A stretch of DNA of 64,000 nt, taken from positions 64,001-128,000 of the IMG/VR virus record IMGVR_UViG_3300042868_010004; one strand, 5' to 3'. How positions within the stretch are numbered: the first letter of the stretch is position 1; each line of letters begins with the position of its first letter. Shown piece after piece: positions 16,493 to 27,751 of this stretch. The stretch is from a virus. The notes under the pieces were generated by a model. It worked only from the letters and a program-made list of their open reading frames with translations. It ran no database searches and had not been told where the DNA came from. The position numbers were made by a program, and so were the translations under genes.

Positions 16493-18094
16493 ATGCTAAA
16501 TTTTCAGAACGCCCAAGTCCTCGCCCTCTCTCAGGAATCACAATTCTTGGGGTCGGTCTTCCGTTATTCAGTTCGGAGGGATCTAACGGTTGAAGGCACG
16601 TTGAATAATCTGGCGAACTTTAGCGGTGTATCTGGTATTCAATCGGAGATTTCCGGCTTTTTTAATTCCGATGAAGATTACCAAGAAATTCTGATTAATG
16701 GGTATTCATTTGGCAGAGGTCGGATTAATTCTATAAGCACGCCAGAAGGAAATGACGTTCAGATTAAACCTTATACGGTCAATTTGACTTGCTGGCTGTC
16801 TGGTGATTATACAACCCTGTTCGGCCCATATTATTCCGGACTGGCGATTTCTGGCATTCCGCCTGCCGATTTCTCCCGCCTGCAATCAATTTCGGAAAAT
16901 TTTGACTATACCCGTTCGGATAACACTTTCGGGTATGAGCACTCGGTTGACTTGCAATTTGTTTCCGGTTTTAACGCTCCCCACCCCATTCAATCCGCGA
17001 AGGCGCTCGCCCGCGTGCTGATTGATTCTAATACTCCTTTTGGCTTTCTAGTCACGGGAAATACCGCAATCGGGCGGAAGTTATACAGGGAGTCCTACGA
17101 CCTGATTTCAAACCAATGCTCTTTCACAGAGTCATACACCCGACCAATCAACGATTCGGGTATTATCTTTACGGCGACAACTTCCTTCAGTCGGGATGAA
17201 GCCGGAATTTCGACCATTACAGAAGATGGCTCTTTTGAATTGGCGACCCCGATTGACAATTACATTGAATTCAATCTTCCCGCACAAGAATTAAATACTT
17301 TTCTTCTGTCTGCCTATGATCGAGCGGAGGAAATGTTTCAGAAATATTCTGGGGAGAATACATATCCGCTATACACTGGCTATACATCCTTATCCCGGAC
17401 TCTAATCCCCCATGAATCAGCGGGGTCTTACAATATAAGTTTTACTAATAGCCCGACTCAGGTTTCCGGCGTCTCTTGGGAATACACGACCGAGATTAAT
17501 AAGAATGGTCGCTTCTATAATGTCGGGGAGAATGGATCAATTGTCGGTCACGGGAATCCTAAGCAGGGCTACCCGAAGGCTCTGAATTTTTACGCCGGGG
17601 TTAAGGCGGATGCGCCCGACAGAGTTGAAAGTTTTTATACGGGAGAAGTTCAAACTGCATACCCACTCTATCGTTTTTCGGAACAAAAGACTCTCTCTGA
17701 ATTTAACGGGCAGATTAATTACTCGCTGGCATTCACGGACGATCCCTCCTATGGGGCGACCAATCCCGTGATTAAGACAGAGGAAATCTCAGTTGAGGAT
17801 AGTTTACCGGTTCGAAAAATTAATACATTCAATATTTTTAACGCGAAAGAGATTGTTCAACCCCTGAATAATTCTACTCTCGGCAATCGCGCGGTTTCAA
17901 TCAATCTGGTCGGGCAGCTCGGAACGAATCTTGATCAATTCAAAGAGTATGCCAAAGAAAAGGCAAATGAATTCATTCCGTCTGGCGACGACACATTTCT
18001 AAATGCCTTGTCTTATTCCTACAATCCGAACGAGAAAAATTTCAGTCTGTCTGCCAGTTGGACTTTCTTCCGGGATGCCCGGCAAGCCCCTTAA
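16493..18094 (+). CDS. Baseplate/distal tail structural protein
   Basis: 533 aa beta-rich ORF directly after the tape measure gene. Confidence 0.55.
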   Translation: MLNFQNAQVLALSQESQFLGSVFRYSVRRDLTVEGTLNNLANFSGVSGIQSEISGFFNSDEDYQEILINGYSFGRGRINSISTPEGNDVQIKPYTVNLTCWLSGDYTTLFGPYYSGLAISGIPPADFSRLQSISENFDYTRSDNTFGYEHSVDLQFVSGFNAPHPIQSAKALARVLIDSNTPFGFLVTGNTAIGRKLYRESYDLISNQCSFTESYTRPINDSGIIFTATTSFSRDEAGISTITEDGSFELATPIDNYIEFNLPAQELNTFLLSAYDRAEEMFQKYSGENTYPLYTGYTSLSRTLIPHESAGSYNISFTNSPTQVSGVSWEYTTEINKNGRFYNVGENGSIVGHGNPKQGYPKALNFYAGVKADAPDRVESFYTGEVQTAYPLYRFSEQKTLSEFNGQINYSLAFTDDPSYGATNPVIKTEEISVEDSLPVRKINTFNIFNAKEIVQPLNNSTLGNRAVSINLVGQLGTNLDQFKEYAKEKANEFIPSGDDTFLNALSYSYNPNEKNFSLSASWTFFRDARQAP

Positions 18095-18111
18095 TGGTGT
18101 AACTTCCCTAT

Positions 18112-20034
18112 ATGGCCCGCACCGAGATTAAATACAATGACTCATTTCCCTTCTCTGGCCAGCCTACGCCTTTCGTTGGCCGGGTAAAGAATAATATTGT
18201 TGCCGGAGAGAGATGGGGAGCGGAAGAAAATTGGACTTTGGCGGGGCAGTTAACGGGTTGCGATTTTGAAGATCTGACTGCGGCTCAACTCAATCTTATT
18301 AATTCTTTTGGTGAAGATTTTAAGAAATTAGAAATTTTTGAGCCAGATTTTTCAAAAGAAACCGTGATGGTTTCTGGACTGGAAGGTTTTCCATCTATTC
18401 TAAATGGTCTTTACACCAGGGTATCTTCTTTTAGATTCGAAAAAAATAACAACCCAAATACCGTAATTACACTAGAGTATGGGCCGCTTTGGACGATGGC
18501 CACTTTAGGGATGTTTGATATTGTCTATTACGAAGCAACGGCTATAAGTTCTTCTCCCGTGGGATTAACATATACCGGGGCTACTCTTCTATTGCCATTT
18601 GTAACAGCATATCAATCGTTTAACACAGTTACCAGTTTAGATTTTGTTAAAATTGATTCCATACAGTTCCAATCAAATAAATACGTTAAGATTCTACCTT
18701 ATACAATAAACCTGTCTTGCTATCCATCGGGTTACTTCACGGGGAATTTCGGCGTGCTTGACCCGACAAACCGTTGGGAATTAGTAGAGGGCCGCGACCG
18801 TTCTATCAATCTGACTCACACTCTGAGCGCGCGAGGATTCAACACTTCGGACAGTCAGACCGATGCCCTGCAAAATGCCAAGGATTGGGTTTTGGCGAGA
18901 ACCGGTTTTTCTGACTTTCCGACTCCCGAGTTCATAACAAAATATTCGGCAAGCGGTGTCTTACTGTCGCAAAATGAGACAATCAATCGACTGGAAGGCA
19001 TTTATGGAGTCACTGAAAGTTATGTATTAGATAGTCTGGACTCCTGTAATTACGGTTTCTTACGCTTTACGGTAGAAAATTCCGCCCCACAAGCAGGCTT
19101 CCAAACCGTTTCAATTAACGGATCAATTCAAGGGGGTTTGAATGAGGATTTCAGTCTTCTGAGAAATCGCTTGCAAGAATTTGATTTTTATTCGCAAGCC
19201 CTATACACTCTGGATAGTGGAATTAATCTCAATCCAACACCAATTAACAAGCAAGTTGTTGAGAACGAGTCGGCCCGCACTATTAATTTTTCTTATGCCT
19301 ATGATGACAATCAGAGAGCGGAGATTAATTATGATTATACACTGGTGATCAACTCTGGCGAATCAAACATTACGGTTGCCTTAAATGGGAATGTAAACGG
19401 AAGGGGCGAGCTGAAAAATCGGTATGAAAAGGCGGATTTGTATTTCAATACCTATCTAAAACCTTCAATCTTCGGTCTAGCTTACTCTGGTTACTCTGGC
19501 TATCTGGCGGAAAACGGCTATACGGGCACCCCCGTCTTGGACCACAATGAATTATCCTCTTCCGTCAGCAAGGACAAGTTCAATGGGGTCATCTCTTTTA
19601 ATTATGAATATTCGGACAAACCTACTCCGCCAAATACTGGTTTAGAATCATTTGATTTCTCTCTATCTTGGACCCCGCCAATTCGCCGCGTCTTAGCCGA
19701 GGAGTTAATCCATCAAAGCGGGTCGATCCTAAGTCCGAAATATGAGGTGACGGATTTAGGTTTTGTCAGCCGGGGTATTTTCAGCCTGAATGGTTCCGCC
19801 GTTCCGACTCGTGATTTTGCTATTACAAGCGGGGATGCCCTTCGGAGTGGGGTTGAAAATTCAATCCGGGCGATCTATTTCGGATATTTCACGGGCTTTT
19901 CTGGAGAATATCTGACGGAGTTCAGTATGGGGCAGACCAACCAAGGGTTGTATAACTTTAATATTGGGGCGACCTATGAGGGATTAGATGTGCTGAATGA
20001 CACAGGGAATTATACGGAGATTGTAAATTTATGA
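18112..20034 (+). CDS. Baseplate-type structural protein
   Basis: 640 aa, similar composition to the previous gene, GTGTAA at 18097. Confidence 0.55.
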   Translation: MARTEIKYNDSFPFSGQPTPFVGRVKNNIVAGERWGAEENWTLAGQLTGCDFEDLTAAQLNLINSFGEDFKKLEIFEPDFSKETVMVSGLEGFPSILNGLYTRVSSFRFEKNNNPNTVITLEYGPLWTMATLGMFDIVYYEATAISSSPVGLTYTGATLLLPFVTAYQSFNTVTSLDFVKIDSIQFQSNKYVKILPYTINLSCYPSGYFTGNFGVLDPTNRWELVEGRDRSINLTHTLSARGFNTSDSQTDALQNAKDWVLARTGFSDFPTPEFITKYSASGVLLSQNETINRLEGIYGVTESYVLDSLDSCNYGFLRFTVENSAPQAGFQTVSINGSIQGGLNEDFSLLRNRLQEFDFYSQALYTLDSGINLNPTPINKQVVENESARTINFSYAYDDNQRAEINYDYTLVINSGESNITVALNGNVNGRGELKNRYEKADLYFNTYLKPSIFGLAYSGYSGYLAENGYTGTPVLDHNELSSSVSKDKFNGVISFNYEYSDKPTPPNTGLESFDFSLSWTPPIRRVLAEELIHQSGSILSPKYEVTDLGFVSRGIFSLNGSAVPTRDFAITSGDALRSGVENSIRAIYFGYFTGFSGEYLTEFSMGQTNQGLYNFNIGATYEGLDVLNDTGNYTEIVNL

Positions 20035-20099
20035 GGCTATTAAGTTTCAGGTGTTTCCTGAGATTCTAAGGCTGACCGTTTTAGTGTAAACTTGTTTTT

Positions 20100-21215
20100 A
20101 TGGCAAATATTGTTTTCGCACCTCTTAATATTGGTGGGGCTGGTGGAATAGCGGGACCATTAGATGATAACGCTCAACTACCTTCCGAACAACTCCCTGA
20201 CGAAATCGACGCCCGTATCCAAGTCCTGAGCGGCACCGACGCCGCACTTGCCACAGAGCTTCTGGCCTTGGGCGAACTCGCCGCGCCTACAGATGGCGCA
20301 TGGATTCGCAAGGGCGATGGGGTGACGCCGGGCGGGGCTTTAGTGGGAAGGCCGGACCCGTCTTTTGCTTTTGATTACGCATACCGACGCGATGAGGCAA
20401 CGGCCGGTGATAATCTAGGCGGATCAGGCACGCCCGGATCAATTGGCAGCCTGCTACGTCCACAGCTTCGGATTGAGCGTGGCTCTGGTGGCGACAATTC
20501 GACTTCAGGAACGGGCAACGGTGGAAACCCCGGGACTATTTTGGCCGGGGTTAACCCCCTCGCGGTAATTGGTGGCAGCGGTGGCAATGCTTCCGGTAAT
20601 TTTAGCGGCGGAAACGGCGGCAACCTAACTACCAGCTCGGCCAATTTGGGGTATGTTCGAATTGTCACTGGCAACGGAGGAAACGCCGGAACTGGAGGCA
20701 ATGGCGGTAACGGCGGAGGCGGTGGGACCACAGTGGTCCCAATTAGCATTCGCGGGGGCAATGGCGGTAACGGCGGGACGGGAAGCGCTGGAGGCACGGG
20801 CGGTGCTATGAGAACCGCGTTAAGCTCAAATGGCGGTAACGGCGGTAATGGCGGTGCATCCGGTGAAACGGGCGGAGCCGGGGGTCTTGGCGGTTTCCTT
20901 TCGTTTAATGGAGGCAACGGAGCCACTGGGGCGGGCGGGGTGGCTGGCGGAAATGGCGGCGCGGCAGGGTCCATAAATTTGTCAGGCGCGAACGCTTCTG
21001 GCACGACGGCGGGGATGGATGGTGGTAGCATAGACCTAAGCGCCGGCCAGAACATCCTGACCATTCGCGGCACCGCCGGTCAGTTTGGCCACCGCGTCGC
21101 CGTGCCAGCTAACTCGGCGGCAGCGGGACTCGTCGGGCAGTGGGCGAGTGATGATAACTACATCTATTTCTACGGCGCAACCGGCTGGCGTCGAGTGGCG
21201 GGGGCGACCTTCTAA
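20100..21215 (+). CDS. Polyglycine (GGNGG-repeat) tail fibre/adhesin
   Basis: Many GGNGG/GGxGG units; C-terminal VPANSAAAGLVGQWASDDNYIYFY fibre-like motif. Confidence 0.65.
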   Translation: MANIVFAPLNIGGAGGIAGPLDDNAQLPSEQLPDEIDARIQVLSGTDAALATELLALGELAAPTDGAWIRKGDGVTPGGALVGRPDPSFAFDYAYRRDEATAGDNLGGSGTPGSIGSLLRPQLRIERGSGGDNSTSGTGNGGNPGTILAGVNPLAVIGGSGGNASGNFSGGNGGNLTTSSANLGYVRIVTGNGGNAGTGGNGGNGGGGGTTVVPISIRGGNGGNGGTGSAGGTGGAMRTALSSNGGNGGNGGASGETGGAGGLGGFLSFNGGNGATGAGGVAGGNGGAAGSINLSGANASGTTAGMDGGSIDLSAGQNILTIRGTAGQFGHRVAVPANSAAAGLVGQWASDDNYIYFYGATGWRRVAGATF

Positions 21216-21217
21216 CC

Positions 21218-22411
21218 ATGCGCTTTAACGCAGGCACAGTCGCAGACCCGGCCACGCGCCGAATCCGGTTCACCCAGCCGCTTTCGCTGACGAGCCTAAC
21301 CGCCGTTTTGGTTAACCGCGCAACGGGCGGGACGACGGAGAATGTTACTGATCGCGACGCGAATCTCCTTCGCACTACCGGCGGACGTGTGACGGATTAT
21401 CAGATGCGCCTTGAGTCATTTGGCGGCGTCGTGACCACGCCGGAGTGGGCAAGCAGCAACACCGACATAGCGACCGTCGATTCTGATGGCTACGTTTCCC
21501 ATGTTTCAAATGGCGACGTAACCATAACGGCATCGGCAGCAGGCCAGTCGGTGTCTGCCAGTTTAACTCTCAGCAGCACGACCGGCGCAACCACCGACGA
21601 CCTTATAAGCTATGTCTCCGGCTCTATGGCATTCAGCGTGTCGGACGCCGTTGACTCGCGCATCGCCGGAAGGTCGCCGAGCAACGCGCTGCGTATCTTC
21701 ACCACGCAGGACCACGTGGGCGGCGTCTATGTGCGCAATACGTCGTGTTGGGCGGCTGACTTGGACCTCACGCCGATTAGTCCTTGGAACAGTGTCGGAG
21801 CCAATACGCGGGCTGGAACACTCATCAGCCCGCGCCACGTCATTTTCGCCGCTCACTACCCGGCTGTTGCAGGCATGACGATTCGTTTCGTGCAGGCAGA
21901 TAACACGGTCGTTACTCGCACGGTTACTGCGGTTCGCACGCACCCCGATTACGTCCCCTACTTCCCCGACATTCAGGTTGGGGTGCTTAACTCCGACGTC
22001 CCGGCGGGAATCACGTTTGCGAAGGTGCTGCCCGTGTCGTGGGAGGACAAGATCGCGGCGCTTGGGTTTTCGCGCTCGCTCCCTGCGCTATGCCTCGATC
22101 AGGAGGAAAAGGCGCTAATTTCTGATTGGGGATACGGCGTCAGTCTGGCGAACTTCACATCACGCGGCTCATTGAACACCGCACAGCGCGCCCTTTTCTA
22201 CGAATCCAAGATCGGCGGCGACTCAGGCAACCCCGCGTTCCTGATCGTAAACGACCAACTGGTTTTGCTCACCGTCTGGACATACGGTGGCGCGGGCTCC
22301 GGCACGTTCACCACGCCGCAAATCGCCGCGATCAACGCCATGATGACCACTCTCGGCGGTGGATACCAACTCACCGAAATTGACTTATCTGGATTCCCTA
22401 CATACACCTAA
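21218..22411 (+). CDS. Ig-like (Big_2) plus trypsin-like serine protease virion protein
   Basis: WASSNTDIATVDSDGYV..GDVTITASA (Big_2); triad GTLISPRHVIFAAHY / PDIQVG / GGDSGNP. Confidence 0.8.
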   Translation: MRFNAGTVADPATRRIRFTQPLSLTSLTAVLVNRATGGTTENVTDRDANLLRTTGGRVTDYQMRLESFGGVVTTPEWASSNTDIATVDSDGYVSHVSNGDVTITASAAGQSVSASLTLSSTTGATTDDLISYVSGSMAFSVSDAVDSRIAGRSPSNALRIFTTQDHVGGVYVRNTSCWAADLDLTPISPWNSVGANTRAGTLISPRHVIFAAHYPAVAGMTIRFVQADNTVVTRTVTAVRTHPDYVPYFPDIQVGVLNSDVPAGITFAKVLPVSWEDKIAALGFSRSLPALCLDQEEKALISDWGYGVSLANFTSRGSLNTAQRALFYESKIGGDSGNPAFLIVNDQLVLLTVWTYGGAGSGTFTTPQIAAINAMMTTLGGGYQLTEIDLSGFPTYT

Positions 22412-22492
22412 AACGGATTTCCACTCGGTTCCGTATTCCATTAAAACCCAAAAAAGTGTAAACTCCTAACTAAGGTTTAAGGGGTTTTACTA

Positions 22493-24457
22493 ATGGCTTT
22501 TAACAATTTCGGCTACTTCTACGATTTTTTAGGTTTATCCGACCTAAAGGTAGTCTATGATTTCTCAGGTTCGTCCGGCGGGTTCATCCCCAGCGTCAGC
22601 CCGGCCCTGCCGATACATTCCGGGCAGTTAAATTCAGTCAATCTCCTGAATGATTCCGGCATTTTTGAATCTAATTCCTCCATTAGAATCTCTAATATTG
22701 ACTCCTCATTTAACACTCTTGGCACTCACATATTCTCCTACGAACGAACAGGCTTGGCATCCCCCTCCGGCCTTCTATTCTCCTGTCTTCAAACCGGCGC
22801 GCTGAACTCCGGCTATAACATCGGACTGACCGACTCAAACTTACTCTTTTTTGAATATATCGGGGCGAATGGTCCCACAGTAGTAAATTCCGACCTGATT
22901 CTCGCGGAGAAAAATGCCATCGCTGTCTTAATTGGGAACAATTCTGTCTCATTCAATCTATACAACTTTAATACTCGGGCTTTTGAAACGAATACAATAT
23001 CCATCATATCCAATCAGCTATTATTTTCGGATCGCTGGGAAATCCGAGGGCTAGGAAATACACTAGGGAATTACTTGTATTTCAACAAGAATGTCACCAC
23101 GAGCAATCTCACCCGTTTATTCTCCGGCTTGTATGCAACCCCGACAGGCTTTCCTGCGGTAAGTGGTTCAGAAATCTATACTGAGACTATCGGTTATACT
23201 CAGGTCGGCAGTTTCGGAGAAGACTCGTTCAATGTTCAATTCAGTGGCTTCGACTCCGAATTCTTCCAACTTCTCAACGGGCAATTTGGTGATCCGGTCA
23301 TTTGGGGAGAGGCGTCCGATTTATTCCTGTTTAGCGGCGGGTCGCCCTCTGGTGTCGATTCCTTCCCCTCTGGCATTTACGGAGCCTTCATAACGGGCGC
23401 AAGCGGCAATCTAACCGGCGATTTCGATCCCTTCTATTACGCAAGTTCTTTCAATTCATATATTTACTCGGGCGGGCAAAATTACCCATATAGCGGAGAC
23501 ATTTCGGGCATTTTCATAATGTTTGATTCTGAATTATCAACATGCCCCAAAAATCCGGTATTCGATCTCAATCTTCAGAATTTCACGGGTGACCCACTGA
23601 CCCTCACCCCGATAGTCATAGAGAAGACCGGCTTCTTCCAGATTTCTGCCCCATACTCCGGTTACATTGAAGACTCGGGCGTTCTGTCGTCCTATGGCAT
23701 GAGTCAAGTTTCCTACTTGTGGAGTCGTGGCGATGACCAGATCGGTCAGGATTCAACCGAGATTCTGACTTTTACCGGTGGCATACAAACACAAACACTT
23801 CGGAAGAATGCCGTCTTTGACCTTGTGAAAGGTGAATTTTCAGCGGGCGGATTCTACCCCTCGGGAAATTCAAATTTCTTTCTGAATGGTCTATTCCAAC
23901 TAGAGAGCGGGTATACAACCGGGGGCAATGTATTCGAACCGACTCAGACTAAGATTGCCGATTACTTCACTGATGGGCAATACTTTAATACGAATCAGTT
24001 CGCCCAGTCCGATGACTTTTCCGTCTATGATTTCGCCCAACAGCAGAATCGAGTGGTCATTCCGAGCGTATATTCTGGACAAACCCTAATTTCCGGGAAT
24101 ACATATAATTTCTCAAACAAATCCGTCTTCCTGAATGGCCAAAGATTGATTTCCGGTTCGGATTATACACTGAGTGGATTGAATTTTATTGGAAATTCTG
24201 GCATTACAGGTGTTGACGGTTTTCTGTATTTAGTTAATAATTATACCGGACAATACCAATACACGGGCGGATATAACTACACAGGATTGTCTTTACCCAA
24301 ATTCTCTCGCGGTTCCTCAATCTACTATCTGAACGGGGTCCGCATCAACCCAAGTCTCCGCATCGAACATTCCCGATATGATAAGATTGCCGGGGAATAC
24401 ATTTTTGATGACACCTCAGAATCTCTGTTAACCTCGTCCAGCTCCGTCCTATTATGA
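22493..24457 (+). CDS. Tail structural protein, N-terminal LamG/ConA-like region
   Basis: 654 aa S/G/F/N-rich beta protein after GTGTAA at 22456; fold call is tentative. Confidence 0.5.
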   Translation: MAFNNFGYFYDFLGLSDLKVVYDFSGSSGGFIPSVSPALPIHSGQLNSVNLLNDSGIFESNSSIRISNIDSSFNTLGTHIFSYERTGLASPSGLLFSCLQTGALNSGYNIGLTDSNLLFFEYIGANGPTVVNSDLILAEKNAIAVLIGNNSVSFNLYNFNTRAFETNTISIISNQLLFSDRWEIRGLGNTLGNYLYFNKNVTTSNLTRLFSGLYATPTGFPAVSGSEIYTETIGYTQVGSFGEDSFNVQFSGFDSEFFQLLNGQFGDPVIWGEASDLFLFSGGSPSGVDSFPSGIYGAFITGASGNLTGDFDPFYYASSFNSYIYSGGQNYPYSGDISGIFIMFDSELSTCPKNPVFDLNLQNFTGDPLTLTPIVIEKTGFFQISAPYSGYIEDSGVLSSYGMSQVSYLWSRGDDQIGQDSTEILTFTGGIQTQTLRKNAVFDLVKGEFSAGGFYPSGNSNFFLNGLFQLESGYTTGGNVFEPTQTKIADYFTDGQYFNTNQFAQSDDFSVYDFAQQQNRVVIPSVYSGQTLISGNTYNFSNKSVFLNGQRLISGSDYTLSGLNFIGNSGITGVDGFLYLVNNYTGQYQYTGGYNYTGLSLPKFSRGSSIYYLNGVRINPSLRIEHSRYDKIAGEYIFDDTSESLLTSSSSVLL

Positions 24458-26652
24458 GTATCCGCCATATTGAAAATGTTACCATTGACGGGGCGAATCG
24501 CGCCTTCGGCGGTTATATCTATTCGGTTGATTACGAGGCAAACTTCGCCGAACAGCCCTCCGTTCTGAAAATCTATATTGTGAATGAAACCGGCTCATAC
24601 AATATCTCAAAAGAAGACCTGACGACAATTGGTTCTCCTGTTCAAATCAAAATTGGAACAAAGATGACTCTTTTCATGTATCCCATGAGTTATTCTTATG
24701 AGGATTCGCCCGCCGGGAAACTTCTTCAAGTGGAATATCTGGATGAGTCAATCGTATTTCTAGACAAAGTAGTTGTGAAATTGTCCGAGCCTTCCCGATT
24801 GGTCGGCCAGAATATGGAGCCTTTAGTTGAATCCTATGAGAATACAATCGTTCTCGGCTCCGAAGATTATTCCGAGGTTGAATTGAGTGACACGGAGCGG
24901 GATTTGATTGCCCGTGGCTTCCCGTCTGCCAATCCAGATGTTTTCTTGGTCCACGCGCCAATCACCTATACATTCGGCGAACTGATTGCTCAAATTTCCG
25001 ACTTCATCAATGTCATACCGGTTTTGGATGGTCCGGGGGCAAAATACCGGAAAGATTTTACCGGAAGACTCCGAGAGGTTCTATCGGCATGGTGCAATGA
25101 TCTCGGCTTAGGCTTCTATTGGGAAAATCGCAAGCTGAATTTCATTGACCTGAGAAACCCAGCCAATCTTTCGGCGGTTAAGAGCCTTTCGGATTCGATC
25201 AAAGAACAGAATCGGGTTGTAAATTTTAATGAGTCCTTCTCTCTCCGAGATACTTTTACTCGGGCTATTCACGGAACTAATTATGAAAATGGTCGGACCG
25301 ATTTCATGACCACGATTGGCACGGGGCCGGATACGAATTATTACCTTCGGAATATCCGTATAACCTCCATTCCTTGGGAATCCCCAATAAACGGTTATCT
25401 TTCTGATTCGGGCGGGCGGGCCGCAAAAAGAATTAAAGCGGCAAAATATGGGCTGCCCTTTTTTATCGCAACTCAATTCATCGCGACAGATTTTATCGGA
25501 GAGGACATTCAAGATGTATTTGATGCCAGTAAGATTATCATGAAGAGGGTCGGGTCGGAAACTGACACCACTAAGCTCGCCGCTATCACGGAAAATACTG
25601 GAATAACGCCGGGTGATTTTGATTGGTTTGCTTATTCATTTGTTGCGGAATCAAATCTTCAAGACACCTTCACTGCATATAAAGCTTTGGCGGATTTTTA
25701 TGGGCGTTTTTATACCATTGCAATTCCGTCCGAGGAGCGCGGGAAGAAGTTGTTTGGAGATGATGTTCGGTGGTATCCTCAAAGAAAAGCGGTGAAAGAC
25801 ATTGCTCAAATCATGGCTGTCTTAGAGCCGGTCGCCGAAAAAATTGCCAACCTGCAAACACTAAGCCTTCAACAATTTCTTAATAATGGATTTGGCAACC
25901 CCGCCTTGTCTGATTCTCAGATTAAGGAATTGACGGCGAATAATAATTTAGGATCGGATGGTTATATTATTAAAGAGGTCGATCCCGTTTGGAATCCACC
26001 CAAGAGTGACGGAGTTGTGAATTTCGGTGATTATGTTATTATCGAGGGTGACTCTCAGCAGTCTGCTTTTTCCAAGGACAGTTTCACCGTATTTTATTTT
26101 GGACAAAGAAAAGGTGTGCCACAACCTCTTAACCCGGACAATATTCAAATTCCCTCGGTCGATCTCCTACTAATCACATCGACTAATCTCGATTTCATTC
26201 AGGCTGACAATCCTGACGTAACAGCCAAGTCATCAAAATTCCTATATCGTCCGCCGGAAACCGCAAATGTCAACTATTGTGACCTGAATCGCATTGATAT
26301 AACGGAGGAAATTATAGACCAGTTCGGTAGTTTTGATGAGGCCGTAACAAACGAAGCGGCGGGCATCCCCCAGCAGATCGAACCGTTCTTCTCCTCCGCT
26401 ATTACGGTTCCGAATATTGATTTGGCCGGGTCAGTCACTCCGACTTTAGGGACTGGCCTGCAAGGTTTCTCCATTTCCTATTCCGACAACGGAGTGAAAT
26501 CTACCTATACAATCGGAACGGAAAAAATGAGATTGAGAAATCCTGATGTTTTTTACAGATATGTCTATGACCCGAGAAAGAAAAAACAAGATATTGTCGC
26601 CGTCCCGACTATCTCAATAAAGAGTCGCCGGACATATAATACCCTCCGATAA
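24454..26652 (+). CDS. Baseplate hub-like structural protein
   Basis: 732 aa, ATGA overlap with the previous gene; function from context only. Confidence 0.5.
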   Translation: MSIRHIENVTIDGANRAFGGYIYSVDYEANFAEQPSVLKIYIVNETGSYNISKEDLTTIGSPVQIKIGTKMTLFMYPMSYSYEDSPAGKLLQVEYLDESIVFLDKVVVKLSEPSRLVGQNMEPLVESYENTIVLGSEDYSEVELSDTERDLIARGFPSANPDVFLVHAPITYTFGELIAQISDFINVIPVLDGPGAKYRKDFTGRLREVLSAWCNDLGLGFYWENRKLNFIDLRNPANLSAVKSLSDSIKEQNRVVNFNESFSLRDTFTRAIHGTNYENGRTDFMTTIGTGPDTNYYLRNIRITSIPWESPINGYLSDSGGRAAKRIKAAKYGLPFFIATQFIATDFIGEDIQDVFDASKIIMKRVGSETDTTKLAAITENTGITPGDFDWFAYSFVAESNLQDTFTAYKALADFYGRFYTIAIPSEERGKKLFGDDVRWYPQRKAVKDIAQIMAVLEPVAEKIANLQTLSLQQFLNNGFGNPALSDSQIKELTANNNLGSDGYIIKEVDPVWNPPKSDGVVNFGDYVIIEGDSQQSAFSKDSFTVFYFGQRKGVPQPLNPDNIQIPSVDLLLITSTNLDFIQADNPDVTAKSSKFLYRPPETANVNYCDLNRIDITEEIIDQFGSFDEAVTNEAAGIPQQIEPFFSSAITVPNIDLAGSVTPTLGTGLQGFSISYSDNGVKSTYTIGTEKMRLRNPDVFYRYVYDPRKKKQDIVAVPTISIKSRRTYNTLR

Positions 26653-26662
26653 AAGGTTTGTC

Positions 26663-27736
26663 ATGATTTTCAACGCCCCTCGCCGCATCTCAATCAGCTC
26701 TCAACCGGAAAAATTTTCCTATGAGGTCGGCATTTCCGCGCTTAATCAGTCGGGCAGGCTCATTCTTGGGTTTTCCGGAGAGAGCGGAAATTTCCTGAAC
26801 TACACCCTGCAATCAGGCCGCGTTTTTGACTTCGATGGGGATTTCGTTTATTCCTACGGGACAGCGAGTTCAATCGCAATTAGCGCGAATGTAGAAGACG
26901 ATCAGCAATCATATTTCATCAACGGCTTGCCGATTAAACTCTCGCAAACCCTGAATACGGGTGCGGGTCAAATTGATGCATTTTATGTTCAACCTCTAAA
27001 TATCAGTCCGAATATCACTTTTTCTTTCTTCGGGGAAAAGCCCGCATACAGTCTCGGTCAGATAAATTTCAGTGAATTAGACCCAACTGGCACCGGTTAT
27101 ATCATAAATACCGATCCGACCCGTTATTTCCAATTTGGTTCCGGTCTATCCGCGACTACCGACTTCTCTTATGTCTCCGGCTTTACTGGAGTATTGAATC
27201 CCGGACAGTCTGGGGCCATACTTATCAAGAAGAATTTCATCCCGTCATCCTCCGAAGATTTCTCTGATTCGGCCTTTGCTATACCGGTCCAACTTTATAC
27301 AAATTTTGGAGAATTTTCGGTCGATCTCTCCGGTCAGAACAATTTCTCCCCGTCTCAAAATCTGACCACGGATTTCTCTACCACTGTCTCCGGCTCGGGC
27401 AATTTCAATAATTTCTTCAATTGGCAAAATCTCAGAGGACTATCTAGTTTCACCGCTTCCGGACTGCCTTTGACTTTCACTCTTTCAAGAATTTCAGGCG
27501 CAGGAATTTTCACTGGTATTTGGAATTTGCAGACCGGAACGCAGACCTTTCCCTATGTCTACTCGGATGTTCCTTACAATGCGGGCATTCAGGCATACTC
27601 GGGCGACTTGAATACATTCGGGGCGAGCGGCATCTCAGTGAATATCCAGAGATTAACACCCTCCGGGCAGCAGGTTTTGGAATTCGACATTTACGGATAT
27701 TCCCAAAATATAACTATTTCTTATACGGGTAACTAA
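26663..27736 (+). CDS. Tail structural protein
   Basis: 357 aa S/G/F-rich ORF in the tail operon. Confidence 0.5.
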   Translation: MIFNAPRRISISSQPEKFSYEVGISALNQSGRLILGFSGESGNFLNYTLQSGRVFDFDGDFVYSYGTASSIAISANVEDDQQSYFINGLPIKLSQTLNTGAGQIDAFYVQPLNISPNITFSFFGEKPAYSLGQINFSELDPTGTGYIINTDPTRYFQFGSGLSATTDFSYVSGFTGVLNPGQSGAILIKKNFIPSSSEDFSDSAFAIPVQLYTNFGEFSVDLSGQNNFSPSQNLTTDFSTTVSGSGNFNNFFNWQNLRGLSSFTASGLPLTFTLSRISGAGIFTGIWNLQTGTQTFPYVYSDVPYNAGIQAYSGDLNTFGASGISVNIQRLTPSGQQVLEFDIYGYSQNITISYTGN

Positions 27737-27751
27737 AAACGGATTGACTTT

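Noticed and set aside
20375-21073. 232-aa Pro-rich minus ORF
   Set aside because: Antisense shadow of the Gly-rich GGN codons.
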